Position numbers and translations under genes: made by a program
Notes under the pieces: generated by a model
What the model was told of the DNA's origin: nothing
The model's input: the letters and a program-made list of their open reading frames with translations, nothing else
The model's database searches: none
Part shown: piece after piece, positions 30,580 through 40,731 of the stretch
Numbering within the stretch: position 1 is the first letter of the stretch
Layout of the letters: each line of letters begins with the position of its first letter
Source: an uncultured Solirubrobacteraceae bacterium
GTDB taxonomy: Bacteria; Actinomycetota; Thermoleophilia; Solirubrobacterales; Solirubrobacteraceae
Direction: 5' to 3'
DNA: 64,000 nt
Assembly: GCA_963815235.1 (NCBI GenBank)
Contig: CAWFFY010000003.1
Location: 1,161,478 to 1,225,477, forward strand

Positions 30580-31716
30580 TCATTGGCCGAAGGGGTGCGT
30601 CGGCTTGTAACGCGATGGGCGCAACGGCGGCGGTGTGACGACCTCGAGCGCGCATGGCAGAGCCCTCGAGCAGCCTGGGTCTTGCTCGGTGGTGGGCCTC
30701 TGTGCCACGAGCCCGTAGGTGATCGCGTCGTCGCGGGCAAGCTCGACGATCGGGATCGATGCTGTCCCAAGGCTGCGGCTTCCTTCCCGGTACTCGAACA
30801 GCGCGGCGCTGAACGTCGTGTAGCAGCCTCCGCGCTCGAGCTCGGGAAAGAGGGCGGACGTGCCCGAGAGGATCGGCGGCGCAGGCCATTCCTCTTCGAC
30901 GGGGTTGTCATCCCCGCCTGTGCAGGATTCGGTGCCGATCGGGCTCCCGACCAGCACCCCGTGGCGGTTGGCGAGCGAATCGACGCGCTCTTCCCACGCG
31001 CCGTCGATGTCGACGTCTGGGCCCTCCGGCTTCCAGACGAAGGCCACGATCTGCGCGTCAATCGACAGCGCCTGGGCTTCTCCGCCCGGGGGAGATTCGC
31101 GACAGCCCTGCATCTGCGGACAGCCTTCCGGCACCGCGCCGTGCGGCAGTTGAACCAGCTGCGAGCGATGACGCGGCAGCGACAGCATGATCTGCGAGAC
31201 GCGGCCGTGGCCCGGCGCCTTGCGAGCAAAGACGAGCGTCCCGCGCCACATTGCGGGCGTGGTGTCGGAGACGCCGCGCGGCTCCGGAACCCGCGGCGTG
31301 CCTTCCCTTCCACTGTTGAGTTCGAGCAGCCGCAGCCGGCAGCCGATGCCGGTGTTGGGCACTGCCAACGTTCCCGTTCCATGGACGTACATGCCGGCGT
31401 CTTCCATCTTGGGCGTGACCCGACAACGCGAGTAGGTCACGACGGGAGCGCCCTTGGCGTCCGTGCCCACGTGAGCGTCGAACGGCTGGGGCCTCGGCGC
31501 CGCGGGCAGACTCACCACATGGCCTTCGTGAAAGCCCTCGAGTGACCAGGCGGTGCCGCTGCGGACGCTCCACACGAGCCATCCCTGGCCCGCCGAGATT
31601 GGGCTCTCGGCGCTCAAGGTCGCGATCGCCGTGGTGTTCGCGCGTGCCGCCGCGGGAGCCAGCAACGCGCAACAGGCCGCCGCGCCGAGCATCCAGCTGC
31701 TCCCTTTGCCCCCCAT
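30580..31716 (-). CDS. Secreted hypothetical protein, Cys-containing
   Basis: Signal peptide ending AAARA; about 378 aa open frame. Confidence 0.65.
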   Translation of the reverse strand: MGGKGSSWMLGAAACCALLAPAAARANTTAIATLSAESPISAGQGWLVWSVRSGTAWSLEGFHEGHVVSLPAAPRPQPFDAHVGTDAKGAPVVTYSRCRVTPKMEDAGMYVHGTGTLAVPNTGIGCRLRLLELNSGREGTPRVPEPRGVSDTTPAMWRGTLVFARKAPGHGRVSQIMLSLPRHRSQLVQLPHGAVPEGCPQMQGCRESPPGGEAQALSIDAQIVAFVWKPEGPDVDIDGAWEERVDSLANRHGVLVGSPIGTESCTGGDDNPVEEEWPAPPILSGTSALFPELERGGCYTTFSAALFEYREGSRSLGTASIPIVELARDDAITYGLVAQRPTTEQDPGCSRALPCALEVVTPPPLRPSRYKPTHPFGQ

Positions 31717-31804
31717 GTCCTTGCAACATCGCAGGTCACTCGGAAGTTGCGCGGCGGCGGTCCCCCGCCGCTCCAGAGAGCGCGTCGCTAGCATCTCCAG
31801 GCGC

Positions 31805-31877
31805 GCCGACGTAGCTCAGCTGGTAGAGCACTTCACTCGTAATGAAGGGGTCCGGGGTTCGAGTCCCCGCGTCGGCT
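31805..31877 (+). tRNA. tRNA-Thr(CGT)
   Basis: Acceptor stem GCCGACG/CGTCGGC, D arm, anticodon arm CTTCA-CTCGTAA-TGAAG, T arm GGTTCGAGTCC; no encoded CCA. Confidence 0.96.
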
Positions 31878-31893
31878 CTGCCTCAAGCGAGGA

Positions 31894-32550
31894 CTATCGC
31901 GGCTTGGAGGTTGGCGAGCTGCGCCATTGGGGGATCCCCAGCGTGATCATCCGCAGCTGGCGCCGGGCCGTTGCGATGACCTCGGCCTCCGCGGTGGGGT
32001 TCTTCGGCGGGGCGTCGAGGATCGCCTCGGCTGTGGAGACCATCGCGTTGACCATCAGCCCGGCCAGCAGCTGAAGGTCCTCCGTGCTCCAGCGCTCGAG
32101 GTAGGGCAGGCGTGCGAGGTCGGTCGCGAGGTCGCTCGCAAAGAGCCGGATCTCCACGCGGATCGCTTGCCGCAAAGCGGCGACGCCGCCGAAACGCTCA
32201 CGCGCGATGAAGCGGAAGTGGGTCTCGTGCTCGTGCACGTAGCCGACCAGGAGCTCGACCGAGTTGCGAATCACGTGGTCGTTGGTCCGTGGGTCCGCGC
32301 GCGCCGCCCGGATCATCGCCCGCAGTGTCCGGAACGACTCGTCGATCAAGGCGAGACCGAGCTCCTCCATGTCGTCGAAGTGGCGGTAGAAGGCCGTCGG
32401 GACGACGCCCGCCGCTCCCGTCACCTGGCGCAGGCTGAGGCTAGAGAAGCTCTGCTCCTCCAGCAGCTCGAGCGCCGAGTCGAGTAGTGCTTGGCGCGTA
32501 AGCTGCTTGCGTTCTTGACGCGTGGCACTCCCCGGTGTACGAGTGTTCAC
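31894..32550 (-). CDS. TetR-family regulator (DesT/FabR-like)
   Basis: RQERKQLTRQALL, LSLRQVT..AGVVPTAFYRHF; divergent from the desaturase operon; start approximate. Confidence 0.9.
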   Translation of the reverse strand: MNTRTPGSATRQERKQLTRQALLDSALELLEEQSFSSLSLRQVTGAAGVVPTAFYRHFDDMEELGLALIDESFRTLRAMIRAARADPRTNDHVIRNSVELLVGYVHEHETHFRFIARERFGGVAALRQAIRVEIRLFASDLATDLARLPYLERWSTEDLQLLAGLMVNAMVSTAEAILDAPPKNPTAEAEVIATARRQLRMITLGIPQWRSSPTSKPR

Positions 32551-32626
32551 GTTTACCCTCCGACTGGCCAAGATGTGTATCGATCTGCTGCTCCCGGGTA
32601 AGTGTACTCTGTGAACATGTGTGCAC
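32535..32626. promoter_or_regulatory. Two DesT/FabR-like operators: GTGTACGAGTGTTCAC (32535-32550) and GTGAACATGTGTGCAC (32611-32626)
   Basis: Imperfect palindromes resembling the known FabR/DesT box; the second abuts a TACTCT -10-like hexamer. Confidence 0.65.
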
Positions 32627-32656
32627 CGACTGAAGCTGGTCGATAACTTGGCTTCC

Positions 32657-33751
32657 ATGGCCTCCCCCCGTCGCGTTGGCCGCCTTCTCCTTCGTTCGAG
32701 CCTGCTTGATGCGCTCGCCTATCCGCATGGCGTTGACCGCTACCTCGAGCTCGTCCGGCCGCTGCTCGTCAAGCACCAGGTGCGCGCCGAGGTCACGGCC
32801 GTCCGCCGTCAGACGCCGAAGAGCGCGACGCTCACGCTCTCCCCGAACGACACCTGGCGCGGCCTGCGCGCGGGACAGTTCGTCGGTCTCAGCGTGGAGA
32901 TCGACGGAGTCCGCGAGACCAGGCCGTACTCTCCCGCCGGCTCCCAGCACGCTGCCGGCGGCGTCCTCGAGCTGACCGTCTCGACCCACCCGGAGGGCAA
33001 GGTCTCGCGTTATCTGCGTGACCGCGCGCGGCCGGGAATGATCGTTGGCCTGACCCAGGCGGACGGCGATTTTGTGCTGCCGGACCCGCGGCCCGAGCGC
33101 GTGCTGCTGATCAGCGGCGGCAGCGGCATCACGCCGGTGATGGCCATGCTGCGCACCCTCTGCGACGAGGGCTTTGCCGGCGAGGTCGGGTTCCTGAACT
33201 ACGCGCGCTCGTCCGCGCTTGCGCTCTACGCCGCCGAGCTCGAACAGCTCGTGGACCGCCATCAGGGAGTCCGCGTCGCCCGCGGGTTCACGCGGGGACG
33301 ACGCGGTCAGCTCAATGGCCGCTTTCGCCGTGAGCACCTGGGCGCTGTGATCTCTGAGCACGCCGACGCAGCGACCTTCGTCTGTGGCCCCCCGACGCTG
33401 ATCGACGCAGTTCGCGCCGTCTGGGTGCGGGACGGTCTCTCCGAGCCCGTGGTCGAGACGTTCACGCCGCCGGCGCTGAGCTTCGATAGCGACGGCGCAG
33501 AGGGCTTCGTCGACTTCGCCGCCAGCGGACGCGAGGCCGCCAACAGCGGTCTGCCACTGCTCGAGCAGGCTGAGGACGCCGGGCTCACCCCCGAGCACGG
33601 ATGCCGTATGGGCATCTGCAACACGTGCAGCTGCCGTAAGACCGCCGGCACCGTCCGAAACATCATCACCGGCGAGGTCTCGACCGCCAGAGACGAGCAG
33701 ATCCGGATCTGCGTGTCCGTACCGGTCGGCGACGTAGAGCTCGACCTATAA
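32657..33751 (+). CDS. Ferredoxin-NAD(P) reductase partner of the acyl-CoA desaturase (Rv3230c-like)
   Basis: RPYS, GGSGITP, FVCGP and 2Fe-2S motif GCRMGICNTC...C. Confidence 0.92.
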   Translation: MASPRRVGRLLLRSSLLDALAYPHGVDRYLELVRPLLVKHQVRAEVTAVRRQTPKSATLTLSPNDTWRGLRAGQFVGLSVEIDGVRETRPYSPAGSQHAAGGVLELTVSTHPEGKVSRYLRDRARPGMIVGLTQADGDFVLPDPRPERVLLISGGSGITPVMAMLRTLCDEGFAGEVGFLNYARSSALALYAAELEQLVDRHQGVRVARGFTRGRRGQLNGRFRREHLGAVISEHADAATFVCGPPTLIDAVRAVWVRDGLSEPVVETFTPPALSFDSDGAEGFVDFAASGREAANSGLPLLEQAEDAGLTPEHGCRMGICNTCSCRKTAGTVRNIITGEVSTARDEQIRICVSVPVGDVELDL

Positions 33752-33777
33752 ACCCCGTCATCGAGAAGGAGCCAGTC

Positions 33778-34917
33778 ATGTCCACTCCAGCGCCCAGCCT
33801 CACGCCCGAGCAGCTCGAGGCGTTTGGGCGAGAGCTCGACGCCATCCGCGCCCGCGTGGTCGCGGACCTCGGCGAGCGCGACGCGGACTACATCAACAAG
33901 GTCATCCGCACCCAGCGCGGACTCGAGGTCGCCGGCCGCGCGCTGCTGTTCCTCGGCTTCCTGCCGCCCGCGTGGATCGGCGGCACCGCCGCCCTGTCGC
34001 TGTCGAAGATCCTCGACAACATGGAGATCGGGCACAACGTGATGCACGGCCAGTACGACTGGATGAAGGACGCACGGCTGAACGGCAAGACCTTCGAGTG
34101 GGACACCGCCTGTCCCGGCGACCAGTGGCGCCACTCACACAACTACATGCACCACACCCACACGAACATCGTCGGCAAGGACCGCGACATCGGCTACGGA
34201 ATCCTGCGCATGTCCGAGGAGGAGCGGTGGCACCCGTACTACCTCGGCAACCCGATCTACGCGGCGCTGCTCGCGATCTTCTTCCAGTACGGCGTCGCGC
34301 TGCACGACCTCGAAGCCGAGCGGCTCGCCGCGGGTGAGACGAGCCTGGCCGAGAAGCGCGGCATGCTGGGAGACATCTGGCACAAGGTGCGAGGCCAGAC
34401 GCTCAAGGACTACGTTCTCTTCCCGCTGCTGTCCGGACCGTCGCTCCCGTTCGTGCTCGCCGGGGACGCCAGCGCGAACCTCGCCCGCAACCTGTGGTCG
34501 TTCACGATCATCTTCTGCGGCCACTTCCCCGATGGGACGCAGCAGTTCACCGAGGAGCAGGCCGAGAACGAGACCCGCGGGGAGTGGTATTACCGTCAGC
34601 TGCTCGGCTCGGCCAACCTCACCGGCGGCAAGCTGTTCCACATCCTCGCGGGCAACCTCAGCTTCCAGATCGAGCACCACCTGTTTCCCGACCTTCCCGC
34701 CCACCGCTACGCCGAGATATCGAGCGAGGTCAGCGAGATCACCGCGCGCTACCGCATCCCCTACAACACCGGGCCGCTGCATAGGCAGTTCGGCAGCGTC
34801 GTGCGCAAGATCGGCAAGCTGGCGCTGCCGTCACTGCCCGGCCGCGGTGGCGGCGATCCGGATCGGGAGGACGCCGTCGCCGAAGCGCGCGAGCAAGAGC
34901 TCCGCGTCGCCGCCTGA
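33778..34917 (+). CDS. Membrane acyl-CoA (fatty acid) desaturase, DesA3-like
   Basis: His boxes HNVMH, HNYMHH and QIEHH. Confidence 0.93.
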   Translation: MSTPAPSLTPEQLEAFGRELDAIRARVVADLGERDADYINKVIRTQRGLEVAGRALLFLGFLPPAWIGGTAALSLSKILDNMEIGHNVMHGQYDWMKDARLNGKTFEWDTACPGDQWRHSHNYMHHTHTNIVGKDRDIGYGILRMSEEERWHPYYLGNPIYAALLAIFFQYGVALHDLEAERLAAGETSLAEKRGMLGDIWHKVRGQTLKDYVLFPLLSGPSLPFVLAGDASANLARNLWSFTIIFCGHFPDGTQQFTEEQAENETRGEWYYRQLLGSANLTGGKLFHILAGNLSFQIEHHLFPDLPAHRYAEISSEVSEITARYRIPYNTGPLHRQFGSVVRKIGKLALPSLPGRGGGDPDREDAVAEAREQELRVAA

Positions 34918-34948
34918 CGCTGGCAGTGACGCCGAGCTCGCGGCGGCT

Positions 34949-35407
34949 ATGTTGGCGCTGCCCTCGTTGGTTCGGATCACGCCCGCCTCGCAGCGACTGG
35001 CCAGGCCACTCGTGCTGCACGTGCCAGACAGTGCTCTGGAGCTGGGCTCTGGCTGGCAGTTGGGCGCCGACACGGCCATCGACACCGGCTTCGGGGTGGC
35101 CCGGCTCGATCTCACCGCTGCCAGCTGGGACCTCCATCAGATCAACCTCCACCTGCAGACCTGGGGTTCGATCGAGGTTCTCGTCCCGAAAGGAGTGGCC
35201 GTGCAGATGCTCGGCGGATCTGCAAGCGTCCAGCTTGAGTCGCTGTCTGCGCCCGTCCCCGGCGGTCCGGTCTTGCGGATTTCCACATCCGGACCAACCG
35301 GGGTGATCCGGATACACCACCCCAAGAGGCGCAACGCCCGCCCGTTCACGCGCTGGAGACGACGGCACCGCACGCACCCCCGGTCACTCGGCGAGCACAG
35401 CCGCTAG
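34949..35407 (+). pseudogene. Probable 5'-truncated DUF1707/LiaF-like protein remnant
   Basis: ARLDLTAA...GSIEVLVPKGVAV...VPGGPVLRI resembles DUF1707 C-terminal regions; in-frame upstream DAELAAAMLALP looks like a DUF1707 domain tail. Confidence 0.45.
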
Positions 35408-35443
35408 AGTTCGCACACCAAAGTCGGAAGGGTCTGCCGCGAA

Positions 35444-36106
35444 ATGGCTGTAGTGATCGTTGTCATCGTCCTCGTCGTACTGCTCGCCGTCGGCTTGTGG
35501 GCCGGGTACAACGGTCTCGTCAAGAAGCGCAACCGGACCCAAGAAGCCTGGTCGCAGATCGACGTCGAGCTCAAGCGCCGCCACGACCTGATCCCCAACC
35601 TGGTGTCGACGGTGCAGGGCTACGCCGAGCACGAGAAAGGGACCTTCGAAGCGGTCACCAAAGCCCGAGCCAACGCGGTCGCCGCCGGCGCGACGGGCGA
35701 CCCTGGTCAAGTGGCTCCTGCCGAGAACGCTCTGTCCGGGGCCCTGCGTTCCCTGTTCGCCGTAGCGGAGAACTACCCCCAGCTGCGGGCCGTCGAGAGC
35801 TTCAAACAGCTGCAGGAGACCCTGACAGCCACCGAGGACAAGATCGAGTACGCGCGCCGCTACTACAACACGAGTGCGCGCGACTACAACATCGCGCTGC
35901 AATCATTTCCGCGCAATGTGATCGCCGGGCCGTTCGGCTTCAAGGCAGTGGCGTTCTTCACAGCCGACGAGGAAGACAGGGCCGTCCCGCAGGTCAGCTT
36001 CCCCGGCTCTGGCCCAGGCGCGGCCGACGCCGCAGCATTGCCGGCCGCTGGTCCCGACGCGCTTCCCCCTGCCGCGGGCACCCAGGGCCCTCCGCCAGCC
36101 GGCTGA
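35444..36106 (+). CDS. lemA: LemA family protein
   Basis: YNGLV, AWSQIDVELKRRHDLIPNLV, AVAENYPQL and ARRYYN motifs. Confidence 0.95.
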   Translation: MAVVIVVIVLVVLLAVGLWAGYNGLVKKRNRTQEAWSQIDVELKRRHDLIPNLVSTVQGYAEHEKGTFEAVTKARANAVAAGATGDPGQVAPAENALSGALRSLFAVAENYPQLRAVESFKQLQETLTATEDKIEYARRYYNTSARDYNIALQSFPRNVIAGPFGFKAVAFFTADEEDRAVPQVSFPGSGPGAADAAALPAAGPDALPPAAGTQGPPPAG

Positions 36107-36135
36107 GACCCTGCCGGGTGGACCGGCTCGCCCGC

Positions 36136-37110
36136 TCAGACCGACTGACCTGAGGCGATCTTTTCGAGGGCCGCGATCCGCTGCTCGATCGGAGGGTGGG
36201 TGTCGTAGAGGTGGTGGTACCAGGCATCGTGGTGCTGCAGGGGGTCATCGATGCACATCGCCGCGGTGGCGTGGTTCATGTTCTTGAACGGTTTGTCGTT
36301 CTGCTGCAGCTTCTTCAGCGCGCCCAGCAGCCCCGCCGGGTTGCGAGTCAGCTCCACACCGCTCACATCGGCCAACGACTCGCGCCGGCGTGAGAGCGAA
36401 AGGCGAATAAGCGGACCGAAGATGAAGCCGACCACCGCGAGCAGCGCGGCGGCGGCATAGAGCACGAGCACGAGCTGGTTGCCCCTGCTGCCGCCGCCGC
36501 GCCCGAGCGAGGAAAAGAAAGCGCTGCGCCACAGAATGCTGGCCAGTAGGGCGGCGATGCCGATCATCGTCCCCACCACGAGCAGCAGACGGATGTCGTG
36601 GTTCTTGATGTGGCTCATCTCGTGGCTGGCCACGCCTTCGAGCTCCTCTCGGTTCATGATCGAAAGTAGCCCCGTGGTGAACGTGATGGCTGCCTTATCC
36701 GGGCTGAGCCCGGTGGCAAAGGCGTTCGGCGAGGGGTCGTCGATCACATAGACCGTTGGCTTGGGGATCCCCTCACCGATGGCCAGTGCCTCCACCAGGT
36801 TGTTCAACTGCTGGAACTGGGCTGAGTCGGCCGGCACGGCCCCCGAGACGCGAAGCACGAGCCCGGCGCCGGCGTTCAGGGAGTAGACGATCCCGCCGAA
36901 TGCCAGGAGAGCACCGATCGCGACGCCGAAGATGACCGGCCCCCAGCCGTAGCTTGTCTGCTGGGCATTTTCGAGATTGGGGTTGACCGCCGGGTGGGCA
37001 ACGGCTTTGAAGAGGAACCCGACGGCGGCGCCGATGGCAAGCCAGATCACGAAGAACAGCACTACGACGATCACGGTGCGTCGCTTGTTGGCGGCAATCT
37101 GGCTGTACAT
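36136..37110 (-). CDS. htpX: M48 zinc metalloprotease HtpX
   Basis: MYSQIAANKRRT, SPNAFATG, HEMSH, SRRRESLAD and DTHPP motifs. Confidence 0.93.
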   Translation of the reverse strand: MYSQIAANKRRTVIVVVLFFVIWLAIGAAVGFLFKAVAHPAVNPNLENAQQTSYGWGPVIFGVAIGALLAFGGIVYSLNAGAGLVLRVSGAVPADSAQFQQLNNLVEALAIGEGIPKPTVYVIDDPSPNAFATGLSPDKAAITFTTGLLSIMNREELEGVASHEMSHIKNHDIRLLLVVGTMIGIAALLASILWRSAFFSSLGRGGGSRGNQLVLVLYAAAALLAVVGFIFGPLIRLSLSRRRESLADVSGVELTRNPAGLLGALKKLQQNDKPFKNMNHATAAMCIDDPLQHHDAWYHHLYDTHPPIEQRIAALEKIASGQSV

Positions 37111-37434
37111 GCGCCGGATGCTACGCCACCGTCGAGCGCGTCCGCGAAGCGCACGAAGTGACTCGAGTGACTCGTGCATTCTTGCACAAGCATGTTTCGG
37201 GTCGTGAATGCCCGCAAAGTGCGGCAAATAACAGGCCTCTAGGGTTGACAGCAAGATCAGGTAGATGGCACGGTCGCGATATAGCTGCCACCTGTTGACA
37301 GCAGGAGTCGTCGGGGCTGAAGCGCGTGACTCCGGCGCAACAAAGTTTTCAGCTGCAGCCGCTCGTGAGGGAACGATCGGCGCGGCATTGAACGTCTATC
37401 CAGCCGCTGGTCGGCCGGGTGAGGGGAGTGGGGA

Positions 37435-40400
37435 ATGTTCAGAGGGACCGCCGTGGCCGATCGCGTTGCCGTGCGCAGGCTGTTGATCCTTTCGGGGTTG
37501 ATCCTTGGCCTCTTGGCGCCGGCGAGCGCCAGCGCCGCGATCACATCTGTATTCGGCGGGACCGTCACATGCACGACTCAGGCTGCGGTCGGCGAGGAAG
37601 GCCAGCGCTGGTGCGGGAGCACGGCGGGAACGACGGTCAAAACCTGGGACGGCGTGACGCCGATCGACGTCGCCGTCGCCTTCCCCGCCGCGACGGGCTC
37701 GGACAACAACTATCCGGTCGTCGGCATCTACCCCCCGTGGGGCAGCACCAAGGTGCTGCCGTCCAGCGCGGCCGCTCAGCGCTGGCTGAAACTCGGTTAC
37801 GCGGTCTTCAGCGAGAGCAACCGCGGCTGGGGTTCTTCGTGCGGTAGCCCCTCCAAACCGGCCAACACGCTCAAGCCCGCGCCCTGCGAAGTCGGATACA
37901 TCCACACGATGGGCAGGGCCTACGAACCGCACGACGTCCAGTACCTGCTCGGACTGCTCGCCGAAGAAGGCGTGATCAACCCGCAGGAGATCGGTGCCAC
38001 CGGCGGCAGCAACGGCGGCGGCATGTCGATGCAACTCGGCTCGCTGGACGGCCGCGTGCAGCTCACCAACGGTGAACTGGTTCCGTGGACGACGAAAAAC
38101 GGCACGCCCATGAAAACCTCGGCGATCGCGCCCGAATACCCCTGGTCGGACCTGTCCCAGTCGCTGCAGCCGAACGGCAGCAACCTGGACTACGTCGCCG
38201 AAGCGCCCTACAGCGGCATGCTCGACAACCACGAATTCGGGATCCAGAAGAAGTTCTGGAACGAAGAGCTCTACCAGGCCGGTGCGATCCTCGGCTACTA
38301 CGCGCCGACGTCGATCAACGACCCCGAAGCGAACAACACCGAATGGTACAACTTCGCCAACACCGGCGGCCCATATAACGGTCAGCCGCTCGCCGTCCAA
38401 GAGGAAGAACACCTTCCGAATCACGGCGCCTACTACACGAACCTGTCTGAACCGCCGGCGCCCGCGCTGATGGAGAATGGCTGGAACGACGACCTGTTCC
38501 CAGTCGACCAGACGGTCGACTATTACAACAAGGTCCGTTCGCTGTACCCCAACGCCGCGATGAAGCTGTTCGATATGGATCTCGGCCACAACCCGCGATC
38601 CGCGAGCACACCTTCGACCGCTGATCTAGCCAAGCTGGCCGGCGCCCAGAACGCTTGGTTCGAATACTTCGTCAAGGGGCAGGGAAGTGAACCTGAAGGC
38701 GCACGCGGCGGCGTGGTTGCCATCTCGAGCCACTGTCCGGCGACGAGTGCAACGTCGGGGACCGAATACAAAGCGGCCAACTGGGCGAGCCTTGCACCCG
38801 GCGAAATCAACCTCCAGGGCGCCACCGAACAGACGATCGAAGCGCCCGGCATCGCGCCGAAAACGGCGTTCACGTCCGGGACCGTGTGCACGGCGGAAGC
38901 CGCCGGTGAAAACGCCTCGGCAGCGACCTACAAGCTGGGTCTGGCGCCCTCTGAAGGCTTCACGATCGCCGGCTCCTCGACGGTGATCGGCGAATTCTCG
39001 ACGCCGATCACGAACGACCAGGTCATCGCGCGACTGATGGACGTCGCAGAAAACGGCGAACAGCAACTGGTCGGGCGCGCCATCTACCGGCCGATCAACC
39101 CTGAAGGCGGCTTCACCAAGCAGGTCTTCCAGTTGCACCCGCAGGTGTGGAACGTGGCGGCTGGGCACGTCCTGAAGCTGCAACTGTTGATCTCCGACTC
39201 GGGCTATGCGCGCAACTCCTCGAGCGCGACCTCGAGCGCCGCTTCGATCAAGGTCAGGAACCTCGAACTGCGCGTGCCGACGATCCAGAAACCGGGCAGC
39301 GACGGCGGGCTGATCGAAAAACCGCAGCCGAAGTACCTGCCGCCGGACTACACCCTGTCACGCGACGTCACGCCGGCGGCGCCGAGCGCACCGCACCTCT
39401 CGAGCGCCACCACGCCGAACGCGACCGGTGTGTTCACGCTGGCGTGGGAACCGAGCCAGGCGGCGACCGTCAGCACCTATGCGCTGCAGCAGGAGAACGC
39501 GGCCGGCGGCTGGGAAACGGTCGCGAGCGGCCTCACGAGCCCCGAATACGCGTTCACGAACGGCGCACCCGAGGCAGAAGGCACGTGGACGTTCCGGGTC
39601 TCGGCGAGCAACGAAAGCCCTGAAAGCGAATTCTCGGCTCCCTCGAGCCCAGTGAAGGTTGACGAGACCGCGCCGTACGCACCCACCGCCAGCGCCTCAC
39701 GCGCGCCGGACTACGCAGGCGGTGGAGGCTGGTACAAGGGCAGCGTCGAAGTGTCGTTCAGCTCGAACGGCGACCCGAATCTCGCCGACGGCAGTGCGGG
39801 GAGCGGCGTGAACCCGTTCAGCTTTGTCACGACCGCATCGCCGCAGACGTTCAACACAAGTGGGTCGCACACGGCGTGCGGGACCGTTGAAGACTACGTC
39901 GGCAACGTCTCTTCACCGGGCTGTGAGACGGTGCAGGTCGACGCGACGCCTCCGACGCTCGAAATCAGCTGTCCGGAAATGGTCGCGATCGGCGGCTCCG
40001 CGAACGCCACCTACACGGCCTCCGACGCCTACTCGGGTCTCGCGAGCCCCGCGAGCGGGACGGTCCCGATCAACACCTCCACAGCCGGGACAAAGACGGT
40101 CAGCACGACCGCGGTCTCGAACGTCGGCCATGAAACCACGGAGTCATGCTCGACGGAGGTCGGCTACTACGTGGTGGTCTCGGGCCCGGTCAACGGCAAC
40201 ATCACCGTCCGCTCGGGCGAAGCGATCGAGCTCAAGTCCACGGCCAAAGTCAGCGGCTCGGTGAAGGTCAAGGCCGGCGGTGCGCTGGACGTCGAGGGAG
40301 CCTCGATCACCGGCTCGCTGACCTCCACGGGAGCGGCGTTGCTGCGCATGTGCGGAGCCACCGTCCACGGCCATGCGACCGTGAAGGGCTCGACCGGCTC

Positions 40401-40647
40401 GGTCGTGATCGGAGAAAGCAGCGGCTGCGCGGCGAACACGATCTCCGGGAAAGTGCTCGTCGCAGGAAACGAAGCGGGCGTCTCGGTCATCGGCAACACG
40501 CTGGGCGCAACCGTCAAGGTCACCGGCAATTCGGGCGGCACAACCGTGACCGCCAACAAAGTCGCCGGGAGTCTCACAGTCACCGGCAACAGCGGCTCGG
40601 TCACCGACTCGGGCAATGAAGTCAAAGGAAAATCAAAACTGCAGTAG
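37435..40647 (+). CDS. Large secreted CocE/NonD (S15)-like alpha/beta hydrolase with FN3/Ig-like and C-terminal beta-solenoid domains
   Basis: Signal peptide; GGSNGG nucleophile, WNDDLF Asp, LGHNP His; WNVAAGHVLKLQL; C-terminal V-x-GN repeats. Confidence 0.8.
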   Translation: MFRGTAVADRVAVRRLLILSGLILGLLAPASASAAITSVFGGTVTCTTQAAVGEEGQRWCGSTAGTTVKTWDGVTPIDVAVAFPAATGSDNNYPVVGIYPPWGSTKVLPSSAAAQRWLKLGYAVFSESNRGWGSSCGSPSKPANTLKPAPCEVGYIHTMGRAYEPHDVQYLLGLLAEEGVINPQEIGATGGSNGGGMSMQLGSLDGRVQLTNGELVPWTTKNGTPMKTSAIAPEYPWSDLSQSLQPNGSNLDYVAEAPYSGMLDNHEFGIQKKFWNEELYQAGAILGYYAPTSINDPEANNTEWYNFANTGGPYNGQPLAVQEEEHLPNHGAYYTNLSEPPAPALMENGWNDDLFPVDQTVDYYNKVRSLYPNAAMKLFDMDLGHNPRSASTPSTADLAKLAGAQNAWFEYFVKGQGSEPEGARGGVVAISSHCPATSATSGTEYKAANWASLAPGEINLQGATEQTIEAPGIAPKTAFTSGTVCTAEAAGENASAATYKLGLAPSEGFTIAGSSTVIGEFSTPITNDQVIARLMDVAENGEQQLVGRAIYRPINPEGGFTKQVFQLHPQVWNVAAGHVLKLQLLISDSGYARNSSSATSSAASIKVRNLELRVPTIQKPGSDGGLIEKPQPKYLPPDYTLSRDVTPAAPSAPHLSSATTPNATGVFTLAWEPSQAATVSTYALQQENAAGGWETVASGLTSPEYAFTNGAPEAEGTWTFRVSASNESPESEFSAPSSPVKVDETAPYAPTASASRAPDYAGGGGWYKGSVEVSFSSNGDPNLADGSAGSGVNPFSFVTTASPQTFNTSGSHTACGTVEDYVGNVSSPGCETVQVDATPPTLEISCPEMVAIGGSANATYTASDAYSGLASPASGTVPINTSTAGTKTVSTTAVSNVGHETTESCSTEVGYYVVVSGPVNGNITVRSGEAIELKSTAKVSGSVKVKAGGALDVEGASITGSLTSTGAALLRMCGATVHGHATVKGSTGSVVIGESSGCAANTISGKVLVAGNEAGVSVIGNTLGATVKVTGNSGGTTVTANKVAGSLTVTGNSGSVTDSGNEVKGKSKLQ

Positions 40648-40731
40648 GGGCGAGAGCACGTCGAGGTCGTGCGCGGTCTGAGGCGCACGACCTGTGTTGG
40701 GGACGCGATAAACACGGTCGCGTAGGCTTTC

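Noticed and set aside
31805-31877. Prophage or ICE att site at tRNA-Thr
   Set aside because: No integrase and no second copy of the tRNA 3' end noticed within the window by eye
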